NCBI GenBank assembly: GCA_965222605.1
Contig: OZ244960.1
Location: 1,696,001-1,760,000, forward strand
DNA from: Candidatus Latescibacterota bacterium
GTDB taxonomy: Bacteria > Latescibacterota > UBA2968
Reading direction: 5' to 3'
DNA length: 64,000 nt
Under the pieces are notes generated by a model. It had not been told where the DNA came from, did no database searches, and saw only the letters and a list, made by a program, of their open reading frames with translations. Positions 50,675 to 60,156 of this stretch are shown here, in pieces. Positions within the stretch are counted from its first letter, which is position 1; every line of letters begins with the position of its first letter. Made by a program: the position numbers and the translations under genes.

Positions 50675-51814
50675 ATGGCGACAATTGTTGATGGCAAAAA
50701 AAGAATTCCATTTTTGCGAGGCATGCTGGCACATTATTTAATCGAGCATGGATTCGCATTTCAAGAGGCATACAAATTCGCAGACGGCATCCGTCGGTCG
50801 CTTCAAAAAGCGAAAGACATCAAAGCCGAAGATATGGCCGATCTGGTGCGAAAACAGGTACAGCGCGAATTTGGTGACCGAATGATTGGCGATGCCATCT
50901 TTTGGGAACCCTCATCGCGGCAAATTTTTATCGAAGAAGGCGAAGATAGGGCATTATTTTCTATGGAGCGGCTCGCCGATTCGCTCGAAGCCATTGGGCT
51001 GGATCACGATCTCTCACACCAGATTGCCTCTGTGGTTGCACAAAAACTTTTGAGTTTACAAAGCAGAGTAATTAAACGACCACAACTTTTTAAGACAACG
51101 CTGAAAATCTTAAAAGACAGCTATGGATCTCAGTATGCCGAGCGCTATCAGGCATGGTATCGGTTTCGCAAGGATCGACAACACAAGCCGCTCGTCATTC
51201 TCATCAGTGGTGCAAGTGGAGTGGGTAAAACCTCTGTGGGATTGGCACTGGCCAATCAGCTAAAAATTTCGCGCGTCGCATCCACCGACGCCATTCGACA
51301 AATTATGCGATTGATGATCTCACCCGAACTGATGCCCGCTTTGCACGCCTCCTCGTTTTCTGCCTGGAAACATACCGGCGCAGAATTGGGCGGTGAGCAC
51401 CCACCGGTTGTGCAGGCATTTCGCGAACAGGCTGTTCGCGTTGGTGTTGGCGTGCGAGCAATGATTGAGCGCGCCATTGAAGAGCATGTCAGCCTGGTGA
51501 TTGACGGGGTGCATCTCTTGCCCGATTTGATCGATTTGAATGCGTACAAAGATCGAACAACATTTATCTGGATGATTTTGTACTTAGATGACAAAAAGCA
51601 ATATGCCGAGCGTTTTGAATTTCGCAGTGAAGAGGCAATGCAAAGGACATCGCACCACTATGTAAAAAATCTCGATGCCATTTTGGAGATTCAGCAACAT
51701 ATCTTAGAAGTGGGCGAAGCATATCGCATCGTGACTGTTGAGAATATAAATTTTGAAGAAACCGTGCAATCGCTCTCTGCACATATTATGGATGTGTTGC
51801 GAAAACGCTACTGA
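50675..51814 (+). CDS. 2-phosphoglycerate-kinase-like P-loop protein with ATP-cone-like repeats
   Basis: PFLRGMLA; FSMERLADSL; PLVILISGASGVGKT; STDAIRQIMR; VIDGVHL. Confidence 0.75.
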   Translation: MATIVDGKKRIPFLRGMLAHYLIEHGFAFQEAYKFADGIRRSLQKAKDIKAEDMADLVRKQVQREFGDRMIGDAIFWEPSSRQIFIEEGEDRALFSMERLADSLEAIGLDHDLSHQIASVVAQKLLSLQSRVIKRPQLFKTTLKILKDSYGSQYAERYQAWYRFRKDRQHKPLVILISGASGVGKTSVGLALANQLKISRVASTDAIRQIMRLMISPELMPALHASSFSAWKHTGAELGGEHPPVVQAFREQAVRVGVGVRAMIERAIEEHVSLVIDGVHLLPDLIDLNAYKDRTTFIWMILYLDDKKQYAERFEFRSEEAMQRTSHHYVKNLDAILEIQQHILEVGEAYRIVTVENINFEETVQSLSAHIMDVLRKRY

Positions 51815-51822
51815 TTCCCCAC

Positions 51823-52128
51823 TCATTTTCTAATAATCACGGCGTATTGAAGCGGGTCATCGCCGATATTTTTTATCCCGTGCAAAATACTGCATTCAAG
51901 ATGCATGGCTTCACCCGTATTGACCGGATGTGTTTGATCGCCGTACAGAACTTCGCCATTTCCTTTGATAACGTAGAAAATTTCCCACCCATCGTGCCGG
52001 TGTGGCGGATGGGCACTCTGGCCTGGACCAACTTCTGAGACATGCAGGTGGAGACGATCGGCATCTGTACCTTCGGTAAATAGAAAACGAGAAATGCCCT
52101 TGATATCAGTGCGAGTTGTGACAGACAT
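51823..52128 (-). CDS. Cupin-domain protein
   Basis: HPPHRHDGWEIFYVIKG...HGIKN. Confidence 0.85.
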   Translation of the reverse strand: MSVTTRTDIKGISRFLFTEGTDADRLHLHVSEVGPGQSAHPPHRHDGWEIFYVIKGNGEVLYGDQTHPVNTGEAMHLECSILHGIKNIGDDPLQYAVIIRK

Positions 52129-52144
52129 ACATAACTCCTGAAGA

Positions 52145-52396
52145 TTAATGAGGGTGGTCGTCGCAGTCCGGACGGTTGGGATCGTCGATAAACGTACCCG
52201 TATCGAGATATTCGAGAGCTTTGGTATAACTACGGCGCTCGAGAAAATGTCTGAGCTGTGCTGGCGTATTGCGGTCAAGGCCGCGCTGAATATCGTCGAG
52301 TTTGAGCAAATGCTCGGCGATATTTTCTTTATTATCAATAGCCTCAAACATCGCAATAAGTGTGGATCGAATATCTGTAGCTTGATCTGTGGTCAT
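52145..52396 (-). CDS. Hypothetical protein
   Basis: GGAGG RBS; LRHFLERRSYTKALEYL. Confidence 0.7.
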   Translation of the reverse strand: MTTDQATDIRSTLIAMFEAIDNKENIAEHLLKLDDIQRGLDRNTPAQLRHFLERRSYTKALEYLDTGTFIDDPNRPDCDDHPH

Positions 52397-52443
52397 ACGC
52401 CCTCCATTGTGTTTAGAATTGTCAAAAATAGGCGTGTATAAAG

Positions 52444-52496
52444 AACGCCCGTCAAAATGAACTGCGACCGCAGTTGTAAACCTATCGACGGGCGTT
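52444..52496 (-). terminator. Extended hairpin, terminator-like, after speD
   Basis: AACGCCCGTC...GACGGGCGTT enclosing AACTGCG/CGCAGTT, followed by CTTT. Confidence 0.6.
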
Positions 52497-52510
52497 TTGC
52501 TGTTTTGATC

Positions 52511-52924
52511 TCACGCTTCAAACTCTTGCGAGGCTGGGTCGGTCTTTGCAGCCGATGAGTCACTTTGCCCACGCCTGAATTGTCGGACTTCGATCCGTGT
52601 ACATTGGAGTGCGCGTTTTAAGTGGGTCAAAGCGCGCTGCGGTTTGGTCTGCGTGCCACAGGTGAACAGGTCAACAGCAGCAAAACCCTGCTCTGGCCAT
52701 GTGTGGATGGTCAGGTGGCTTTCCTGAATGACCACAACACCCGATACACCGAAAGGCGAAAAGTGATGAAACATGCTATTGATCACCGTAGCACCTGCGC
52801 GGTGAGCAGCTTCAATCATAACCGCTTCAAGCGCGGTGACATCATTGAGCAAATTAGCGGAGCAATCGTACAGATCGACGAGCAGATGTTTGCTCAGTGA
52901 ATGGGACATAGACTTTGGAGGCAT
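52511..52924 (-). CDS. speD: S-adenosylmethionine decarboxylase proenzyme (SpeD/SpeH type)
   Basis: HLLVDLYDC, FSPFGVSGVVVIQESHLTIHTWPE, DLFTCG. Confidence 0.9.
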   Translation of the reverse strand: MPPKSMSHSLSKHLLVDLYDCSANLLNDVTALEAVMIEAAHRAGATVINSMFHHFSPFGVSGVVVIQESHLTIHTWPEQGFAAVDLFTCGTQTKPQRALTHLKRALQCTRIEVRQFRRGQSDSSAAKTDPASQEFEA

Positions 52925-53695
52925 TTATGATAGGATTTTTTCGACGTATTCACGCGCAGCAGCACAAGCCTGGGCTGGTTCACCCCAGGTGACTTTTTCA
53001 AGTTCGATGACGAGTTCACCCTCATAACCTGCGCCCTTGAGAATACCGATAACACCTTCAAAAGGCAAATCGCCCTCGCCAAAAGGCACGGGTATTTCCC
53101 CCCTCTGATCTCTCAGGTGAACAAGGCCAATGCGGTCGGCAAAAGCTTCTGCAAAAGCGCGAACATCCACGCCTGCTGAAAGGAGATGACCCGTATCCAT
53201 CAGCACCTTGACGCGATCGGGAAGCTCGGGCAAAATGCTCTGATAATCTTCGATATTCTCGAGCAAATTCCCCTTGTGATTGCCTATGTTGAAGGTAAAG
53301 TCGGAAACGCGCCCGAGCACGTGATTAATACCTGTAATAAAATCTTCGCGCGCTTCGTCTGTGCGATCACCGCCTTTGAGATTGGCACACTGTAGCCGCA
53401 GGGCGCGAGAAAGATGGATATCCCATTCGACCTGGCGCATATTGTATCCCAGATCGCGTTCGTCCTTGGCGGTATTGCGCCCTGTGATGTTGCGAATATT
53501 GAGACCCGTGAGTGTCACGCCTGCATCGTCCAGACGCTCGCGCACCATACGCACCGATGTATCTGCATGAACAGGTGAACTCTCGCTCCATGTACGAAAT
53601 AGTTCAATCCGATCAAAGCCCGCTTCTGTGGCAACATTCAGAGCATCGGGCAAAAGTAAATTGGGACAAACGGTGGTGCTAAAGGTAAGTTGCAT
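52925..53695 (-). CDS. Sugar phosphate isomerase/epimerase (xylose isomerase-like TIM barrel)
   Basis: AGFDRIEL, MDTGH, VHLRD, PFGEG, GYEGELVIELE. Confidence 0.85.
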   Translation of the reverse strand: MQLTFSTTVCPNLLLPDALNVATEAGFDRIELFRTWSESSPVHADTSVRMVRERLDDAGVTLTGLNIRNITGRNTAKDERDLGYNMRQVEWDIHLSRALRLQCANLKGGDRTDEAREDFITGINHVLGRVSDFTFNIGNHKGNLLENIEDYQSILPELPDRVKVLMDTGHLLSAGVDVRAFAEAFADRIGLVHLRDQRGEIPVPFGEGDLPFEGVIGILKGAGYEGELVIELEKVTWGEPAQACAAAREYVEKILS

Positions 53696-53761
53696 AAGGT
53701 TTCTCTTTAAAAAGTTGTCAGTAGCCAGTGGTCAGTCCACTAATCCTCATCTCCTCACATC

Positions 53762-54151
53762 TCACCTCAGATAAAGCACAATATCATCATCCTCGGCCTC
53801 CACGCGATAGGTACGCACGCGCAAATCGTCATCCGTAATGGATTTGCCGGTCTTCAGATCAAACTCCCAGTTGTGCCAGGGACATTTGATAATTTCGTTT
53901 TCGCGTTCATGGCCGATATTTGTTGAACCGAGCTTGAGAGACTGCCCATTGTACACCTCTTCGCCCTCCCATACGACGAGCGGTCGCACGCGGCCCTTGC
54001 AGAGCGGACCCAGGCGGTGAGGGCAGATATTGCGCAGGGCATAGAGGTTGCCATCCACATTGAGAATACCGATTTCCCTATTGTTGATAGTCACAATTTT
54101 GCGCTCGCCGGGTGGCAGATCCGCTATTTTTGCTACCCTGTGTTTCGACAT
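53762..54151 (-). CDS. Rieske [2Fe-2S] ferredoxin
   Basis: CPHRLGPL...CPWHNWEFD. Confidence 0.92.
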   Translation of the reverse strand: MSKHRVAKIADLPPGERKIVTINNREIGILNVDGNLYALRNICPHRLGPLCKGRVRPLVVWEGEEVYNGQSLKLGSTNIGHERENEIIKCPWHNWEFDLKTGKSITDDDLRVRTYRVEAEDDDIVLYLR

Positions 54152-55263
54152 CAGAAAAGCCCAAGTATCTCGGCGGCATTTTCGCCCATAATACGCTTTT
54201 TCAGATCGTGGTCAATATTGCGAAGGACGTGACCGGGTTCATCCCAATCCCAGTGTGGATAATCACTGGCGAAAACGAGAGTGTCTTCGGCGTGCATCCA
54301 GCGAAGGTATGTTTCCAGGCCATCTTTCCCACCGGGTATATCGGGCATGGGTTGCGTACCCAGGCGGATATGTTTGCGGATATATTCGCTGGGCAGGCGT
54401 TTGACCCACGGTGTGTAGTCGCGCAACGCACGCCAGTCGAGATCGAGGTGCCACATAAGACCCGGCAGCCAGAAAGTGTCCATCTCGACAAATATAAAGT
54501 GGGAATTCTGGAATTTCTCAAACACGCCCTCCACAACGAGACTGGTGACATGGGCCTGTGCAATTTGGGGCCGCGCCATGCGCATTTCGAGATAATAGGT
54601 GGGATATCCCGCAGCAGTAGGCGGTGATGCAAGACCAGCACCTTCACCCCCGAAGTGAACCGAGACTGGCAACCCGTGTCTTTCACAGGCTTCGTAAATG
54701 GGATGGTAGTGGCGGTTGCCAAAAGGCATGCGGGCGCCCGCGGGCATCATAACCTGCACAAAAGCAGGATCGGGACCCAGGCGATCGATTTCCTTTACCG
54801 CGAGTTGCGGATCTACGGGGCAAATATGAATCGAAGCCCGAAACCGCGAATCGGCACTGATCCAGTGGTCTTTTGTCCAATCGTTAAAAGCACTACAATA
54901 GGCCGATGCGTAGTCCGGGTTATTATGAACGGCTGCTGCATAAGGCCCACCCGTGAGAACCGCATAATCTATATCATACACATTGAGGTGCTTCTCAATA
55001 CAAGCCTGTGGCTGATGGGCGGGATTTTCCTTTGGATCTTCCCACAGATCTTTTCGCGCACCGCCTCCCGGCATATTGGTGTACCCGAGTCTGGGCATCA
55101 TCGTACCAAAATCTTTGATATACTCGACAAAGTGCCGCGGCATATACGGATAGAGCGCATCGTCAGTGCCCGGAGAATGGTGTACATCGCAATCTACAAT
55201 TTTGATTTTTGTAAGAGAATTAGCCTTGCCATTTGTGCGCGGGACAGTTGCTGTAGCAGACAT
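54151..55263 (-). CDS. Amidohydrolase_2-fold protein, possible dinuclear oxygenase
   Basis: DCDVHH, SVHFG, FVE, FASDYPHWD; translationally coupled to the Rieske gene. Confidence 0.85.
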   Translation of the reverse strand: MSATATVPRTNGKANSLTKIKIVDCDVHHSPGTDDALYPYMPRHFVEYIKDFGTMMPRLGYTNMPGGGARKDLWEDPKENPAHQPQACIEKHLNVYDIDYAVLTGGPYAAAVHNNPDYASAYCSAFNDWTKDHWISADSRFRASIHICPVDPQLAVKEIDRLGPDPAFVQVMMPAGARMPFGNRHYHPIYEACERHGLPVSVHFGGEGAGLASPPTAAGYPTYYLEMRMARPQIAQAHVTSLVVEGVFEKFQNSHFIFVEMDTFWLPGLMWHLDLDWRALRDYTPWVKRLPSEYIRKHIRLGTQPMPDIPGGKDGLETYLRWMHAEDTLVFASDYPHWDWDEPGHVLRNIDHDLKKRIMGENAAEILGLF

Positions 55264-55318
55264 CGTAGCCTCCTATGTGATGGTCAGGAGAATAGATTAC
55301 TTCCTTTTCAATGTCAAG

Positions 55319-56065
55319 TCAAACGATATCAAACGTGCGAGCCACCACCCAGTCGGGTCGGGGATTTTCTACCGCACGGGGCTTATTGGACATGGCATTA
55401 TACGCGATGATAAATGTTTTGCGAGGCAATGGCGACATGTTGTGACCCGAGCCATGCACGATATTGCAATCAAAAAACAGCACATCGCCCGGTTTTCCCG
55501 TAATGTGCTCAATATCTTCTTCGCAGATTTTTTCTTTCAAAGTGTCTGTATCAATACACCACTGCTTATAGCTTGTCGTAGTCGTGTCCGCATAGTGCTC
55601 CTGACGTCCCCATTTATGAGACCCCGATACCACCATCAAACAGCCATTGTTGAGCGTTGCCCGATCGAGAAAAACCATAGCTGATACGAGACGCGGATCA
55701 ACGCCATCCCACATCCAGTACCCATAGTCCTGATGCCATAGCCAGACCGTACCTTCAAACGCATCCTTGACATTGAGTTTCGAATGCCAGATATACACGT
55801 CGTCTTTGAGAATCTGCCGAACGGGATGCAGGATTTTGGGATAACTGATGAGATTCTGAAAGGCATCAACGCTCCGATGGGCGAGATAAACCTGACGCAC
55901 TGCACCGCCGCGTTCGCGTTCCCGATGCAACTCGTCGTTCTCTCCATTGAGCAAAAGCGGAACATCGCCGTTGAGTGCATCAACCTCGTCGGCTGAGAGC
56001 AAACCGGGCATAAAAAGATAGCCCTGTTCATTGTATTGTGCGAGTTGTTCATCTGTCCATTTCAT
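55319..56065 (-). CDS. PhyH/EctD-like 2-oxoglutarate-Fe(II) dioxygenase
   Basis: SKLNVK, WHQDYGYW, NGCLMVVSGSHK, HGSGHN...R. Confidence 0.9.
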   Translation of the reverse strand: MKWTDEQLAQYNEQGYLFMPGLLSADEVDALNGDVPLLLNGENDELHRERERGGAVRQVYLAHRSVDAFQNLISYPKILHPVRQILKDDVYIWHSKLNVKDAFEGTVWLWHQDYGYWMWDGVDPRLVSAMVFLDRATLNNGCLMVVSGSHKWGRQEHYADTTTTSYKQWCIDTDTLKEKICEEDIEHITGKPGDVLFFDCNIVHGSGHNMSPLPRKTFIIAYNAMSNKPRAVENPRPDWVVARTFDIV

Positions 56066-56084
56066 GGGTAACTCCCGGGTATTG

Positions 56085-57860
56085 TTAATTCCCAACCACG
56101 CGTATCCGAAGCATTTGAGAACCTTCCAAAAATAAATCGACATCTTTCTCCATAGAAACAGGTGCAGTCGCGGACTGAATACCGAGAAAATCAAGCGGCA
56201 AATTGCTTGGGAAATTGTCTGGCAAACTGTCGCGCAACGCGCTTTCCCCAACTGGGATATCAGATGTCAAACGCGCTTTTAAGATGACATTTTCATCTAT
56301 TCCATTCACGCGGGCAAAAAAATCTTCGAGCGTTTCATCGCCCCCAAAAAAATCAAACAGCCCAAACAGCCCACCATCTTCCCCAGCAGAACTTTCCCCT
56401 AATGTTGCAGCAGAACCCACTTCGAGCTGGTAAACACCCACAGGAAGCGTATCGGGTATGCTAAATGCCAGCTCGATTTCCCGATCCTCACGCCGCCCCA
56501 CGCGTAGCGAAGTCCTGATAGACAACGTACTCCCAGCACTGATAACCGTATCCGCAGCAACCGCTACTATTTTTCCAAAACGAGATTCGGGCAGCATATC
56601 AATATGAATCTCCGCCTCGCGCATCTGCAAGACGTAATCATTTCTTGTCATGAGTTGCGAGAGTATCCCTCCCAGGTCAGCAGAGGCATTAAAAATTAAA
56701 GACAAAAGCTGCCCTTCTGGCTCTGCATAGAGGCGGGAGCGAGCCAATTTTGAATCTGTTCCAACAAAAGAAATATCCGTCCTGACGCGCACACTGTGAT
56801 TTGGCTCGTTTTCAACTCGGTTAAGCAAAGGCGAGGCCAAAGCCAGCGCAACAAGACCTGCTGTAGTAGAAGGGTCAACAGTTGCCAACCTGTGCGTAAG
56901 CTCAAGCACATTCCCTGAAGAAAACGTATATACACTTCGGATAGGTATCAATTCTGGACCCTCGCCAAGCATACCGCGAACCGCGGGCAAACGGTCTTCG
57001 GTCAGCGTTCCTCGCACCGTTGGATTCAGCGTCGCAAACTTAAATGGCGCAGAGAGATTGGAGATTGGACCGAGCACCACTGCTTCTATAATAGGCAGTT
57101 CTACCGCACCCGAACCGGACATCGGATGCCCAAAACCATATATCCGATTGCCATCGACGTATGATATGGTTCCCAACGAAGCGATCGTAACCTCACCCAG
57201 CATCAAACCAATCGCCAGTGGCCTGCCCGCCTCAAAACTATCCTGATGTTGCGCGGCTCTCCCGGCTGGCGTCAACTCACCCTGGAAGGGCGAATCATCT
57301 GACGGGTAGGCAGGATTGAATCCCGTGCCCAGCAAGGGAATAGTCAGGGGTGTAATACCACTCTCCTCCCAGGTGGCTGCGCTCTTAGCCAATGGCATCG
57401 CTCCCCGGTTGCCAATCACCCATTCTATCGGTGTTGCAAAAAAATAATATGGCGGACTGTCTTGTTGATTAAAACCATAAGCAATAGCACCCCATGTGCC
57501 TTGCTCGGTAAAAATGGGAGAACCACTCATACCCTGGGCAATACCCCCGAGCTGTATCAAAACGGGGTCGGAGGCTTCAACCATATAAACAGGCATTGGC
57601 GGCAAAAAATCGTCAACCACCTGTATGAACGTCATTTCGAGATCTGCGAGTTGACCATTGGCAAATTCGGTCCGCATGAATACGGGCGTACCCGTGGGCA
57701 TAGAACGAACCGAATCAACCGAAACAATAGATGAAAGATGCCAGGGTAGTAAATCCCCCGTTGGGCGCACAACATCTTCTCCTGGAGCAGTTGGCGAAGA
57801 ATCATTGCCACATCCCCATAGACATATAGCAAGCACAAACAGCAATAAACGGATCAACAT
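56085..57860 (-). CDS. Lipoprotein with a SpoIVB-like peptidase S55 domain
   Basis: Lipobox LWGC; GGIAQGMSGSP; GFGHP. Confidence 0.75.
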   Translation of the reverse strand: MLIRLLLFVLAICLWGCGNDSSPTAPGEDVVRPTGDLLPWHLSSIVSVDSVRSMPTGTPVFMRTEFANGQLADLEMTFIQVVDDFLPPMPVYMVEASDPVLIQLGGIAQGMSGSPIFTEQGTWGAIAYGFNQQDSPPYYFFATPIEWVIGNRGAMPLAKSAATWEESGITPLTIPLLGTGFNPAYPSDDSPFQGELTPAGRAAQHQDSFEAGRPLAIGLMLGEVTIASLGTISYVDGNRIYGFGHPMSGSGAVELPIIEAVVLGPISNLSAPFKFATLNPTVRGTLTEDRLPAVRGMLGEGPELIPIRSVYTFSSGNVLELTHRLATVDPSTTAGLVALALASPLLNRVENEPNHSVRVRTDISFVGTDSKLARSRLYAEPEGQLLSLIFNASADLGGILSQLMTRNDYVLQMREAEIHIDMLPESRFGKIVAVAADTVISAGSTLSIRTSLRVGRREDREIELAFSIPDTLPVGVYQLEVGSAATLGESSAGEDGGLFGLFDFFGGDETLEDFFARVNGIDENVILKARLTSDIPVGESALRDSLPDNFPSNLPLDFLGIQSATAPVSMEKDVDLFLEGSQMLRIRVVGN

Positions 57861-57889
57861 GATATCATCCTCAGTTATCCCCCCACCTT

Positions 57890-58735
57890 TTACTGCGCGA
57901 GTTTGATCTCGAATAATTTTGGCCACCACTTGCCCGTAACAAAAATTCGGTCAGTCACGGCATCGTAGGCAATGCCATTGAGCACGCCAACGCGATGGTG
58001 CAAGCGATCAGTTTGAGATAAAATGCCCGTGAGATTAATCCATCCTTTAATCTTACCACTTTTGGGATCGATGCGGGCAATGCGATCGGTTTGCCATACA
58101 TTGGCGAAAATCTGTCCATTGATATATTCAAGCTCATTGAGATAACGAACAGGGCCCGTACTATCTGTCACTTCAATACGCCCAATTTCTCTAAATGTAT
58201 TGGGATCCCGAAAATAAATAATATTCGTGCCATCGCTCATAATCAGCTTTTCGCCATCGTGTGTAAGCCCCCAACCCTCCGTGGAATATGTAAATTGGAC
58301 TTGCAACTCAAACGTGTTTTTGTCGTACACAAAGCATATACCCGATTTCCACGTAAGTTGATACAGGCGATCACCAAAAATCGCGATACCCTCGCCAAAA
58401 AAATCGGATGCAATGCTTTCCTGCATCAAAACTGCACCTGTAGCGGGCGCGACCTTGCGAATAGTTGAAGCACCGTAGTGTCCAGTACTTTCATAAAAAA
58501 AACCATCTTCAAAAACCAACCCCTGGGTAAAAGCATTGGAATCGTGTAAGTAGGTATTGACAATAGTGTAGGTATAGATGGACGGGAGCGCAGACTCAGA
58601 AGTAGAGGAATCAGAACCCGGAAGGGGCGGCGTATGGTTGCATGTGAAAAAAAAGAATATGCAAAAAAAAATAAAAAAATCGCGAACACATCTTTTGGTA
58701 TTGGCAATCAATGGTTTAATCCCAAAAATTTTCAT
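57890..58735 (-). CDS. Glutaminyl cyclase (beta-propeller type)
   Basis: AFTQGL, YESTG, FGEGI, QLTWK, EGWGL, LNELEY, VLNGIAY, VTGKWWP. Confidence 0.92.
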   Translation of the reverse strand: MKIFGIKPLIANTKRCVRDFFIFFCIFFFFTCNHTPPLPGSDSSTSESALPSIYTYTIVNTYLHDSNAFTQGLVFEDGFFYESTGHYGASTIRKVAPATGAVLMQESIASDFFGEGIAIFGDRLYQLTWKSGICFVYDKNTFELQVQFTYSTEGWGLTHDGEKLIMSDGTNIIYFRDPNTFREIGRIEVTDSTGPVRYLNELEYINGQIFANVWQTDRIARIDPKSGKIKGWINLTGILSQTDRLHHRVGVLNGIAYDAVTDRIFVTGKWWPKLFEIKLAQ

Positions 58736-58851
58736 ATGTTTGGGCAGTTGGTGCGACAGGCCTCACACCATACCGTTCTTGTTAAATATACGATTATGGC
58801 GCATAATACTCAAGTGGATGAATTTCCAAAAAATGCGATTGGAGGTTGGTT

Positions 58852-60102
58852 ATGAATGGTAAATTTGACCTGCTGTTAAAAGGCGGGCGGGTAATTGATC
58901 CCGCCAATGGGGTGAACGGATTCTGCGATGTGGGAATTTCGGATGGCAAAATTGCAAAGGTGGAAACGGATATCGCCGCAGAAGAAGCAGACCATGTGGT
59001 GGATGTGTCAGATCTGCTAATAACGCCCGGGTTAATCGATATTCACATCCACGCCTATTTCACCCGCGCACCAGGAGAGGGCCTCTTCAGTTCGAGCCTG
59101 AATCCAGACGCACATTTTCCACTCTCTGGCGTAACAACATGCGTGGATACGGGATCCGCGGGATGCGAGGAAATAGCGCATTTTCGCCGAACCGTCATGG
59201 AGCATGCAAAAACGCGAGTGCTGGCTTATGTAAATATTTCTGCACCCGGTATGGGCGCGCCAGAGCAAGATATCCGGACCTTTGACGTAGATAGCGCTGC
59301 AAAAGCCGCCCGCGAACACAGCGAAGTGGTCGTCGGTATCAAAACAGCACATTATTGGACAAGCGCGCCATTTGACGAAATGCACCCGCCCTGGGAATCG
59401 GTGGAAAAAGCAGTCGAAGCCGGCGATGGATGTAGCATGCCCGTCATGGTCGATTTTTGGCCGCGTCCGCCCGAACGGTCCTACCCCGCGTTGATACTCG
59501 ACAAACTCCGCCCAGGTGATATTCACACCCATGTTTATGCGCGGCAATTCCCCGTAGTAGATAACAGCGGAAACGTCGAGCCATATATGTTTGAAGCCAG
59601 ACAACGCGGAATCTGGTTTGACCTGGGGCATGGCGCTGCGAGTTTCTGGTATCGCAACGGCGCGCGAGCCATTGCCAATGGATTTGCCCCCGACTCCATC
59701 AGCACAGACCTGCACATGGGCAATATTTCTGGTACCGTATTCAGCATGCAAGACACCATGTCAAAATGTCTGGCAATGGGCATGACCCTCGAAGATGTGG
59801 TTTACAGATCAACCGCGACGCCAGCCCGTGCAATCGGGCGGCCGGAATTGGGCACGCTATCAGTGGGTGCAGAAGCGGATGTTGCAGTATTAGCCCTCGA
59901 AACGGGCAAGTTCTCATTTCAGGACTGTGGCTATACGCGAATAGATACGGATCAACGCCTGATCTGTCGGCTTACAATTCGCAATGGACAGATCATTTTT
60001 GACCGAGACGCGCGCACCGTGCCCCATTGGGAAGACGCGCCCCCTGAATACTGGCCGGTAACGGAAACACCCGTCAGGGTTCCCAGATTGTGGCGAGCCT
60101 GA
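58852..60102 (+). CDS. Amidohydrolase/deacetylase (dihydroorotase-like metallohydrolase)
   Basis: LLLKGGRVIDP, PGLIDIHIH, GVTTCVDTGSAG, LRPGDIHTH, DSISTDLH. Confidence 0.9.
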   Translation: MNGKFDLLLKGGRVIDPANGVNGFCDVGISDGKIAKVETDIAAEEADHVVDVSDLLITPGLIDIHIHAYFTRAPGEGLFSSSLNPDAHFPLSGVTTCVDTGSAGCEEIAHFRRTVMEHAKTRVLAYVNISAPGMGAPEQDIRTFDVDSAAKAAREHSEVVVGIKTAHYWTSAPFDEMHPPWESVEKAVEAGDGCSMPVMVDFWPRPPERSYPALILDKLRPGDIHTHVYARQFPVVDNSGNVEPYMFEARQRGIWFDLGHGAASFWYRNGARAIANGFAPDSISTDLHMGNISGTVFSMQDTMSKCLAMGMTLEDVVYRSTATPARAIGRPELGTLSVGAEADVAVLALETGKFSFQDCGYTRIDTDQRLICRLTIRNGQIIFDRDARTVPHWEDAPPEYWPVTETPVRVPRLWRA

Positions 60103-60118
60103 GTGATTGGCACAAACA

Positions 60119-60156
60119 AAAAGGCGATTCATCGCGCGCTGGATCGCCTTTTCTTT
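60119..60156. terminator. Bidirectional intrinsic terminator
   Basis: AAAAGGCGAT...ATCGCCTTTT between convergent genes. Confidence 0.75.
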
